A DNA stretch of 64,000 bases, from the sequence record NC_042013.1. One strand, written 5' to 3'. A program made the position numbers and the translations under genes. The notes under the pieces are model-generated. The model did no database searches and had not been told where the DNA came from. It worked only from the letters and a program-made list of their open reading frames with translations. This document shows positions 8,971 to 17,454 of the stretch, piece by piece. The first letter of the stretch is position 1. Each line of letters opens with the position of its first letter.

Positions 8971-9191
8971 TTTGCCAACCTCATAGACACCATCAATGCA
9001 ATACTTTCCTCGAGTTCAATAATTTCTGGATCGTATTTCTTGCGGATGGTCTCAATAGCGTCATTAATTTCTTGGTTGCGACGAAGAACCAATTGATTAA
9101 GTTCGGCAAGAGAATCTTTCGTGAACTCATTCTCGACTACCGATGAGCCGGTTTCCTTTGCATATTGACTTAAAGCGGTTGTTATTTTCAT
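8967..9191 (-). CDS. Small coiled-coil hypothetical protein
   Basis: GGAG RBS; TTGACA-N16-TAAATT upstream (9216-9243). Confidence 0.7.
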   Translation of the reverse strand: MKITTALSQYAKETGSSVVENEFTKDSLAELNQLVLRRNQEINDAIETIRKKYDPEIIELEESIALMVSMRLAK

Positions 9192-9283
9192 CAGAACTCT
9201 CCGTAGTTTGCGTATAATTTAACAAAATATCCGTTTATGTCAATAAAAATAAATGAATAAATAGGTTAAAATAGGGATATGCC

Positions 9284-9910
9284 ATGAACGCAATTTATAA
9301 AGATATTGGTAAAGTCTTAGCATCATTCGTTGATGATGATAAAATACCGCCGTCTAGTATTTTTGCAGTATCTAGAAATCTGTATTTCGATCAATACGTT
9401 TACTCGATGATTTTTCAACCAACTATGTCGAGTTTTTTGTTTTACGAGGATCGATTAGAAAAAATCAAGCAAGTTCTACGTCCTTATGATCTAAGAGTTG
9501 TTTCTAATAAACAAACCCGTTTTATATATGTGTATGGAAAATACCCACGTGATATGGAATTTGCTTTAGATACAGTTACCGGATTTCATCTTAAAGAAAT
9601 CACGTTGATTAGACAAGATTACATTGGTAAAAGAAAAATAGAAAAATCGAAGCCCGAAATTTACTACAATAAGTACCATTATAGAATTAAAGTTCGTGGC
9701 ACTTTGATACAAGATAACCCCGATTTGTGTGACAAATTAAAAGAGGCTATTTCAGACATAAAAATAACGTGTCGACTTAAGCCATATCACGGCCATCAGG
9801 CTGTTGATGCATATTACAATTCCACTTACATTTATCTCACTGAAGAAGTTGATGCGGTTACTGCCAGTATGATATTATCATCATATGTTGACAGGATTAC
9901 ATCGAAATGA
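9284..9910 (+). CDS. Hypothetical protein
   Basis: 208-aa ORF with ATG, ATGA overlap to the next gene. Confidence 0.75.
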   Translation: MNAIYKDIGKVLASFVDDDKIPPSSIFAVSRNLYFDQYVYSMIFQPTMSSFLFYEDRLEKIKQVLRPYDLRVVSNKQTRFIYVYGKYPRDMEFALDTVTGFHLKEITLIRQDYIGKRKIEKSKPEIYYNKYHYRIKVRGTLIQDNPDLCDKLKEAISDIKITCRLKPYHGHQAVDAYYNSTYIYLTEEVDAVTASMILSSYVDRITSK

Positions 9911-10236
9911 CACGCTACCCGACAAAAGAAGAATTGGAGCTTTGGAAAAAGGTTAATCAAACCGATCTTCCTGCGTTTATCGGCGTAAAACATATTCCAC
10001 CATTCGACAGTACCCTTGATTTGCATAATCTAACGATTCAAGAGGCATATGACGCTGTTTATTCCCATATTCAAAAATCGTACGAAAACGGATATAATAA
10101 AATATTGCATATCACCGGTAAGAGCGGTAATATATGCAAAGAATTTCCGTTCTGGATCGAACGTAACAAATATGTGCGTTATGCAGAAAGTTTAAATGGT
10201 GGCGGGTCATGGAAAATAACATTGGTAAAAAAGTAA
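9907..10236 (+). CDS. Stand-alone Smr (MutS2 C-terminal) domain protein
   Basis: LDLHNLT, ILHITGKSG, NGGGSWKI motifs. Confidence 0.85.
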   Translation: MTRYPTKEELELWKKVNQTDLPAFIGVKHIPPFDSTLDLHNLTIQEAYDAVYSHIQKSYENGYNKILHITGKSGNICKEFPFWIERNKYVRYAESLNGGGSWKITLVKK

Positions 10237-10514
10237 TTAATGCAGATACGTTTTTTACAAAAATTACGTATATACATCCCTACACGTCTGCAAATTCATA
10301 TGGGTTGTATACAAATCATCACGTTTATGGGATGATATCTCCTAATGATAGTAATATGGTTAATATTGTTGGATTGAAAGAATTTGTAGACGAGATTGTA
10401 CAAATTCGTCTACAACAAACAATTCAGGATTTGAAAATGCAAATAAGTTCGGCTATTTTGTCTTCTTCAGAAGAAATCTATAGCGATCTTTTCGTTAAAC
10501 GGGTTGAAGGGTAA
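10209..10514 (+). CDS. Hypothetical protein
   Basis: 101-aa ORF continuing the plus-strand unit. Confidence 0.55.
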   Translation: MENNIGKKVINADTFFTKITYIHPYTSANSYGLYTNHHVYGMISPNDSNMVNIVGLKEFVDEIVQIRLQQTIQDLKMQISSAILSSSEEIYSDLFVKRVEG

Positions 10515-11001
10515 GACTATCAACAAACTCAACCCCGTGATAGATGCAGCCCTCTTCAACAAATGCACGAAGATCATCAACCATTGCGGTGCACGCAAGC
10601 TCTTTACACTTGAAGCCTTTCCATCTATTAACTCGGATTTTTAGTGCATCATATTCTTCCTGAGTTACTTTATGATAATCCAGAATGCGATTAACTTTGG
10701 CAAATTGCTTGTTCTTAATCGCTTTCTGGATTGTCAAGTCTAGTTGATGATACTTTCTTCCGAAATCCTCGGGGATACCGTTGACAGTATCAAACAGTTT
10801 GATATCAACGCACCGATACGCCAAATCACGTTCGATATTCCGAAATTCATATCCATACCTAAAGGTGATAAGGTGGAATTTCTTAACGCCTTGGTGATGA
10901 CGAATATAATCTTGAAGAAAATAGGAGTGAGGGCCATCGATCAAGGTTTGATCGATGTCGATACCGATGTTCAGATGGTTATCAAGAATATCGTGTTTCA
11001 T
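10495..11001 (-). CDS. HAD-superfamily phosphatase
   Basis: Motif I IGIDIDQTL; C-terminal MVDD motif IV. Confidence 0.75.
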   Translation of the reverse strand: MKHDILDNHLNIGIDIDQTLIDGPHSYFLQDYIRHHQGVKKFHLITFRYGYEFRNIERDLAYRCVDIKLFDTVNGIPEDFGRKYHQLDLTIQKAIKNKQFAKVNRILDYHKVTQEEYDALKIRVNRWKGFKCKELACTAMVDDLRAFVEEGCIYHGVEFVDSLTLQPV

Positions 11002-12266
11002 TATACCCTTACTGCCTTTCCGTGAACAATCATATTAACCGCGTCTTTTTCATTGACAATGAACTTGTAGTTATCAAAGACAACCTTACGAACAGTGTCA
11101 ACTTCAAAGTCATTTTCATCTTCAACCGTGATAACGGCCAGTTCGTTGATATTATCAAAAAATTGAAAACCGTCAAGGAGTTCTTCTTTGGAGATAATAA
11201 AGTAGCTATTTTCCCAACGTTCCTTCAACGTGTCCAAAATCTTACCCATATTTACACCGGGCTTCATACCCATTGCAATCAGGTCTTTGCCAGATACCGG
11301 GAATACGTGCGGGATAGTCTTCGAACCGTCAAATTCGAAATGTGGCAGGTTAATACGCTTTACAAACGGGGTAACTGCCTCATTAAGATGTGGGTACTTT
11401 GTAATGAACGCATTAATATGTACCGGATACGAATGACGTACGGTGCCAAAAAATGCAATCATCGACTTTTCGTCGGCACTAATTTTGAAGATTTCAGCAA
11501 AACGATCTGTGTCATTGCAAAAACGTGCAATCTCGAAGAAAGGACCGTTAAGATGATCAAACATATCATCTTGTGGAAATCTAAACAGTTCCTCGTCTTC
11601 AACGCGATTGATGAATTCGAAAAGATCAGAAATCAAATCGTGATCGTGAAAGCGAACCTTCTTGAATTCAGACCAGATGCGTTCCTTGCTAATATTCCGC
11701 ATACCTTCGATTACATCATCCTGAACAATGAAGTTTTTGATATCATCATCAAGATCAGCGCCCATTACAGAAGCAAAACGAAAGTACCGAAAAATTCGAA
11801 GGTAATCTTCGCGAATACGGTCTTCAAAGTTACCAACGAAACGAACAACCTTGTTCTTAAGGTCTTCGCGGCCACCAAAATAGTCATAAAGATTTCCATT
11901 GAAATCAAACGACATTGCGTTGATAGTAAGATCGCGTCTACGAGCATCTTCTTCAAACGAACGAGTAAATTCAACATTCGCATGACGACCATCAGTTTCG
12001 GCGTCAATGCGAAGCGTTGTGATTTCGTATGATTGATCGTCAATGACAAAGGTAACCGTACCGTGTTGAAGACCGGTTGGAATAACCTTAATAGAATGTT
12101 CGTCAGCGATTGCAATCATTTCAGATGGCAGCGCGTCAGTGCAAAGATCGATATCCTTTGGAGTTACACCGCGAAGAACATCGCGAACGCACCCGCCAAC
12201 CAAGCGGATTTCAAAACCCTCATTCTTGAAGATTTCTGCAATGTTTTCAAGTTCTGGCGTCAGCAT
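11001..12266 (-). CDS. cca: CCA-adding tRNA nucleotidyltransferase / poly(A) polymerase family (class II)
   Basis: LVGGCVRD..PKDIDL, EITTLR, RRDLTINAM, REDYLRIFRYFRF. Confidence 0.88.
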   Translation of the reverse strand: MLTPELENIAEIFKNEGFEIRLVGGCVRDVLRGVTPKDIDLCTDALPSEMIAIADEHSIKVIPTGLQHGTVTFVIDDQSYEITTLRIDAETDGRHANVEFTRSFEEDARRRDLTINAMSFDFNGNLYDYFGGREDLKNKVVRFVGNFEDRIREDYLRIFRYFRFASVMGADLDDDIKNFIVQDDVIEGMRNISKERIWSEFKKVRFHDHDLISDLFEFINRVEDEELFRFPQDDMFDHLNGPFFEIARFCNDTDRFAEIFKISADEKSMIAFFGTVRHSYPVHINAFITKYPHLNEAVTPFVKRINLPHFEFDGSKTIPHVFPVSGKDLIAMGMKPGVNMGKILDTLKERWENSYFIISKEELLDGFQFFDNINELAVITVEDENDFEVDTVRKVVFDNYKFIVNEKDAVNMIVHGKAVRV

Positions 12267-12326
12267 ATCGGTCTCCTGTGATTGATATGAAGATGTTTTA
12301 ACACAACTAAAAATAAAGTCAATGGA

Positions 12327-12683
12327 TTATTCGTAATCTACCAAAATAAAATGAATGTTATGACAATTACGGTTATCATTGATAAATCTAAGTATCGTTT
12401 GTTTTACGGTTTCATTACAGCTATACATCTCGTCAATGATAAAAAATATCAAATTACTATTTGGTAAATTTGCAACTGCCGTTGAAAATTCGTTTAATAG
12501 ATGGATATATGCGCTATTTTCATTAAAAGCATATGCTCTTACATTGATGGTTGGAACATCTGGATAAAATGTGCCAACTTGTGTAAGAAAACCATCACCG
12601 GGGCGCTTTACAACAGTGGTATAACCCTCTTTTGAAAGAATATCGTGTTCAAGCTTTGTAAGATTTTCAGAAACACTGGCCAT
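12327..12683 (-). CDS. Hypothetical early protein
   Basis: AGGAG RBS; behind promoter copy 12701-12743. Confidence 0.7.
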   Translation of the reverse strand: MASVSENLTKLEHDILSKEGYTTVVKRPGDGFLTQVGTFYPDVPTINVRAYAFNENSAYIHLLNEFSTAVANLPNSNLIFFIIDEMYSCNETVKQTILRFINDNRNCHNIHFILVDYE

Positions 12684-12700
12684 TTCTTAATCTCCTATAA

Positions 12701-12743
12701 CGTTTAGATAATGCAGTTATATCTCAGTTTAAAACAAAGTCAA
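12701..12743 (-). promoter_or_regulatory. Diverged copy of early promoter
   Basis: TTGACT-N16-TATAAC; shares the AAACGTTATAGGAG leader with the 7308 and 29097 copies. Confidence 0.7.
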
Positions 12744-12766
12744 TAGATTTTTTTGAAACGGTATCG

Positions 12767-12773
12767 ATAAATA
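12767..12773 (+). promoter_or_regulatory. Putative late promoter (ATAAATA)
   Basis: About 33 nt before the start of the CSPG-repeat cluster. Confidence 0.5.
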
Positions 12774-12805
12774 TCAATAAGCGCGATACAATCTGGATTC
12801 TGAAG

Positions 12806-15800
12806 ATGGCAATTACAATTAAATCAAATATCGATCAAGGGGTTAACTTAGGAGCAACCGCGAATATTTCAGGTGCTAACCTTCAGGCGATTTCATCAAA
12901 GGGAAGCCCTAACTCAAGAATTCAATATACTTTAACCTCCCTTCCAAGATATGGTCAACTTCTTCGTGGTAATGTTCCGTTAGCTATAGGCGCGACATTT
13001 ACCCAAGCAGATTTGATTGCGGGTAATATCCGTTATCGTTCAGATTCCAATGTTCTTATTTTGATGGTATATTTCGGGGTTTCTGTTCGTGATTTGGATG
13101 ATCCAAGTTCACCCGCAGTTTCAGTGGAAGTTCCTATTCGTATTTCGATTCCTCCCGTTCCTCCTAATGGTACAACGTCGCCAATGAATGTTGCGCAGAA
13201 TGGTACTGTTAAAGCAACCCAAAACAACATCAATTATGATGACTTAAACACCCCCGGTAAATGGTCACAGATTTTTTTCCAAGTTCTTGTTTTGCCAGAA
13301 TTTGGTATTTTGTACATCAATGGTAAAAAAGCAACCGTTGGGGCGAATTTTACACAAGCAGATGTTAATAATGGGTTGATTTCGTATACTCATATCAAAG
13401 ATAGAAATCCAACTGCTGATAAAGACCAGTTTATTATTCAGGCTCGTGACCCACAGGGCAATATCACTCCTGAATTTGGCGTTGTGGATATTAACATTGG
13501 TTTGTTTGACGCGCCATTGGTATTGGTAAAAAATGGTCCTCTCGTTCTTAATCAGGATGAGAAAAAAACAATTGATAATACACTTCTTTTGGCGTCCGAT
13601 GCGGATGATCCAAACCTAGTAATTACATACAAAATTACAGTACTTCCTAAGAATGGTATTTTGGCTAAAAACAATGTTCCGTTAACGGTAGGTGCTACTT
13701 TTACGCAAACGGATATTGACAACGGTCTTCTTAGTTATGACCATGACGGTGGCATTTCTATTGCAGATTCTTTTAAATTTGACGTTTCTCACTCTAAAGA
13801 AACATTGCTTAATAATACGTTCAATATAATTATTAAGCCAGTTCTAAATTTACCTCCATTAGTTTCCGTTCTTCCTATTCCAGTGGACTATTGTAAGTCA
13901 GTTGTAATTGATAAAAAATATATTACTATATCCGATCCTGAGGGCAAACCTTTAACGGAACTTACTTTCACGATTACAGAATTGCCTCAATTTGGAACTT
14001 TGTTCATTAAAGGTGTTCCAGCAAAAATAGGCGATAAAGTAACCGTGAATGATGTAGTTAATAACGCGGTATTATCCTATACACACGGCTGTGCTAAGCC
14101 AGAGGAAGAAACTGATTTATTTAAATTTACAGTGTCTGATGGTGTAAATGATGTTGCTGCTGTTGGAAATATCATTATTAATTATGTTAAAAATGAACCC
14201 CCATATGTTGTAACAAATATTCCTCAACAAATCGAACGTACCAGCGTAACAACTGTTGATTTTACTGTTTTGAATTTTGACGATAAAGATTCGCCAGCAG
14301 AAGAAGTTCTTTTGATTATTTCTGAATTACCAGAAATAGGAACGCTAACCTATAATGGCTCTGTTGTTACCGTTGGAATGTCATTCAAAAAATCAATATG
14401 GAAAGACGTTAAAATCCTATATACCGTTTCAACGGAGGATTTTGATATTGAGGAAGTATCTTTTTCATTTACATTAACGGATGGAACGAATGATGTTGGG
14501 CCATTTGATCATTTCTTCAGATTCCCACCTCCACCACGTGGCTGCCCTACACTAACGAATGAACCAATATCCATGCGTTATCTTGAAACGAAGCTTATTG
14601 ACAAGGATCATTTGTTTGCGACAGACCCTGACGTAAAGCCCGTTAACTTGATATTCACTGTGACGAAGGTGCCACAATATGGCGACTTTACGTTCTATGG
14701 ATCACCTACAAGTGTTGAATCAAAAATCAGCGTTCGTGATATCATGAACAATGCTATTGCATATAAGCAAACAACCGGAACTCCAGATACTGACGAAATT
14801 CATTTTACATTGTCAAATGGCGTTTGTGAAATAGATTTGATATTCACTATTAATTTTGAACGATCACTATTTTCTGTTATTAATAACCCCCTAACCGTTA
14901 TCGCATGTGGTGAGGGAACTATTAAAGGCGGCGACAATCCGCCATTAAACCCCGCTGACGTTAATTTGTTGTATAGCAATAAGTTGTCTACTGATCCAAA
15001 AACAATCGCGTATACGATCACCACAAGCGTTCGTAGTGGTATTATAACGGTTAATGGTATAGAGACTAATACGTTCACACAAGATGATCTTAATAATGGT
15101 GTTGTTAAATATCAACATGATTGTTCTGATTCATTGACTGATCAATTTGAATTTTCGGTGACCAATGGAACCGAAACATTAAATGCTATTTTTGAAATTA
15201 TTATAACGCCGATTGATAATCCGCCTACATTGGTAAACAATGGAATAACCGTTGGCGAACTTTCTTGTAAAATTATTAATGGCGGCGAAATCTCCGCAAA
15301 TGATGATAATGCGTCGGCGGCAGAACTTGTATTTCAATTGATTACTCTTCCACAACACGGTAACCTCACAAAAAATGGCCAGATATTAAATCCGGCTGAT
15401 ACATTTACATATGAGGACATCCTCAACGGGTTTGTTTCTTATTGTAACACGGTTGAAGATCAGCTTACCGATGTATTTGAAATCACCGTAACGGATGGAG
15501 TAAATGAACCGGTCGGTCCAGAAGAAGTTTTAGTCACTATTATACCTCTACCTGAACCTGAATTAATTAATCGCGTGCTTTCAATGGCTGTGTGTTCTGA
15601 AAGAACTATCACCGGAGGCTTCTTAAGTATTGCCAATTACTCGATTGAAAATGATAAAAAAGATGCAATCTTTACGGTAACAAGATTGCCTGATATTGGT
15701 TTTCTTAAGAAAAACGGAATCCCAATGAACGTCAACGAAACGTTTACTCTTGATGACATTGGAGCAGGAGTTGTCACTTACCAAAACGACACAATGAATG

Positions 15801-16312
15801 ATGAACCGCAGTCATTTGATTTCACGCTTTCGTCACCAGACCTTAGCGCTACAGGAACATTTAATATCGTTTTCAATGCGAGTTTTAATCCACCGTGGGT
15901 ATGTGTAAATGATGGCATGGTTGTTATGGAAAAATCAACAACAAAACTTCCGCAAGATAGTTTGCAGATGTGTGATATCGATCTTGATGCTGACGGTGAT
16001 ATTAATACATATCCTCCAATGTCATCCTATTCTGTTGATAGCGAGATTGTCGGTGATTCGTTACGTTATATTCAATTTTTAAGCGTTGATTCCGGTAGAA
16101 CGTATGCATACAATTTGAATGTTACATCGGGTAGCGTGCATGTTGCGGTAACCGATATTGTAGCCAATAAATTAGTATCAACCGCGTGCGTGACAAGCTC
16201 AAGTACTGGTTCATTCGTTATTCCACAATATGTTTACGAAGTTTCAGTAGATATTCAAATAGGTTGTAATAATTCTACTGAAAATACTTGGAACCTCGTA
16301 TTCACCGGATAA
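12806..16312 (+). CDS. Large CSPG/cadherin-like repeat protein, probable virion surface fibre
   Basis: About nine 110-120-aa repeats with LPxxGxLxxNG and FTQxDxxNGxxxY signatures. Confidence 0.8.
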   Translation: MAITIKSNIDQGVNLGATANISGANLQAISSKGSPNSRIQYTLTSLPRYGQLLRGNVPLAIGATFTQADLIAGNIRYRSDSNVLILMVYFGVSVRDLDDPSSPAVSVEVPIRISIPPVPPNGTTSPMNVAQNGTVKATQNNINYDDLNTPGKWSQIFFQVLVLPEFGILYINGKKATVGANFTQADVNNGLISYTHIKDRNPTADKDQFIIQARDPQGNITPEFGVVDINIGLFDAPLVLVKNGPLVLNQDEKKTIDNTLLLASDADDPNLVITYKITVLPKNGILAKNNVPLTVGATFTQTDIDNGLLSYDHDGGISIADSFKFDVSHSKETLLNNTFNIIIKPVLNLPPLVSVLPIPVDYCKSVVIDKKYITISDPEGKPLTELTFTITELPQFGTLFIKGVPAKIGDKVTVNDVVNNAVLSYTHGCAKPEEETDLFKFTVSDGVNDVAAVGNIIINYVKNEPPYVVTNIPQQIERTSVTTVDFTVLNFDDKDSPAEEVLLIISELPEIGTLTYNGSVVTVGMSFKKSIWKDVKILYTVSTEDFDIEEVSFSFTLTDGTNDVGPFDHFFRFPPPPRGCPTLTNEPISMRYLETKLIDKDHLFATDPDVKPVNLIFTVTKVPQYGDFTFYGSPTSVESKISVRDIMNNAIAYKQTTGTPDTDEIHFTLSNGVCEIDLIFTINFERSLFSVINNPLTVIACGEGTIKGGDNPPLNPADVNLLYSNKLSTDPKTIAYTITTSVRSGIITVNGIETNTFTQDDLNNGVVKYQHDCSDSLTDQFEFSVTNGTETLNAIFEIIITPIDNPPTLVNNGITVGELSCKIINGGEISANDDNASAAELVFQLITLPQHGNLTKNGQILNPADTFTYEDILNGFVSYCNTVEDQLTDVFEITVTDGVNEPVGPEEVLVTIIPLPEPELINRVLSMAVCSERTITGGFLSIANYSIENDKKDAIFTVTRLPDIGFLKKNGIPMNVNETFTLDDIGAGVVTYQNDTMNDEPQSFDFTLSSPDLSATGTFNIVFNASFNPPWVCVNDGMVVMEKSTTKLPQDSLQMCDIDLDADGDINTYPPMSSYSVDSEIVGDSLRYIQFLSVDSGRTYAYNLNVTSGSVHVAVTDIVANKLVSTACVTSSSTGSFVIPQYVYEVSVDIQIGCNNSTENTWNLVFTG

Positions 16313-16317
16313 AAGAT

Positions 16318-17454
16318 ATGTATGAAATTTTACCAGAATATACCCATTTAGTATATGCAAGAATAGTTAAGAGACCAACTAAAGGTTTCTTAACTTTGAA
16401 TAAAACGCGTTTACGTGTAGGTGATTTTTTCACACTTGCCGATATAAACAATGGGAAAATTTATTACACCCATACATCAAACCTTACAGACACAACTGAT
16501 ACTGATAGTTTTGAATTTATATTGTTTGATATTGAGGGTGATATTACTAGAGCGCGTTATTCATCATGCTTTCTTACGGAGTATAATATTACCGTTCCAG
16601 AAAATGGTATTTACACATACGAAATAACAATTAACGGCGCATCAAGACCAACTGCTGTTATCAATGTTTTGAATGCAGAAACAAATTCAAGTATCCAAAT
16701 AACTCCATTGATCATTTCTTCATCCAGCGATGGGTTTAATGCAGACGATATCATTATATCCGCATCTAAGCCAACATCCGGCGCGTTTATAGTAAATGGT
16801 GTTGAAAGTGATGTGTTCACACAACAAGAAATAAACAAAGGAAACGTATATTTTAAAACATATTCGGAGCCAAAGTCAGAACAAATAACATTATCTATTG
16901 TTAATGGTAAAAGTAAAAGTATTACCGAGACACTACAAGTAAATGTAGAAACAAAGTTTGAATTTACTGGCGACAATGTAATATATCAACAAATACTTGC
17001 GGATGTTTACCTGAATATAACAACAAATCGTCCAAATGTGATTTTTGTATTGAAGAATGGTATTACTAAGACTCCTATTGGTGTTGTATATAAAGTAGAT
17101 GATGATCTTATACCATTTACTGAATACAATGAGGTTGGTACAACTAATACCGCTGTTGGTGAGGGTGTGAACAAATTACCACAATACAGGAACTATAAAA
17201 ACATAACGTATTGGGATGGCGGATTGTCATATGGCGTTAGCTTAAATAGTCGTGGTGAGTTGTTATCAAATACACACATACCTGAAATTGATTTAGGTTC
17301 GGATCAATGGGTATTACCAGTGACGCCTCGAGAATACCCATTTGTTGTTGAGGCTATTGATACGGTTACCGGAAAATCAATTGAACGAGAATACAAGATT
17401 ATTACCACTTATACTGGTTTTGGTCCTAATGGCGAAAGTACAACGGTGATATAA
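16318..17454 (+). CDS. CSPG-repeat/Ig-like structural protein
   Basis: FTLADINNGKIYY and FTQQEINKGNVYF repeats; ATG 16318 preferred over TTG 16288. Confidence 0.75.
   Translation: MYEILPEYTHLVYARIVKRPTKGFLTLNKTRLRVGDFFTLADINNGKIYYTHTSNLTDTTDTDSFEFILFDIEGDITRARYSSCFLTEYNITVPENGIYTYEITINGASRPTAVINVLNAETNSSIQITPLIISSSSDGFNADDIIISASKPTSGAFIVNGVESDVFTQQEINKGNVYFKTYSEPKSEQITLSIVNGKSKSITETLQVNVETKFEFTGDNVIYQQILADVYLNITTNRPNVIFVLKNGITKTPIGVVYKVDDDLIPFTEYNEVGTTNTAVGEGVNKLPQYRNYKNITYWDGGLSYGVSLNSRGELLSNTHIPEIDLGSDQWVLPVTPREYPFVVEAIDTVTGKSIEREYKIITTYTGFGPNGESTTVI

Noticed and set aside
11022-12032. 336-aa plus-strand ORF
   Set aside because: Antisense shadow of the CCA enzyme with no motifs. The same applies to other nested ORFs such as 1297-1632, 6016-6507, 6514-6936, 34159-34785 and 52512-52979.
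244-12266. Bacterial chromosome or contamination suggested by infC, clpX, cca and topoisomerase
   Set aside because: No bacterial operon context (no rpmI/rplT, tig, clpP or lon). The topoisomerase is T4-type, and the genes are interleaved with phage-style promoters and small ORFs.
16280-16330. Programmed frameshift joining the 1168-aa and 388-aa CSPG proteins
   Set aside because: The frames overlap from a TTG at 16288, but no slippery heptamer or downstream structure is evident and a usable ATG lies 5 nt after the stop.
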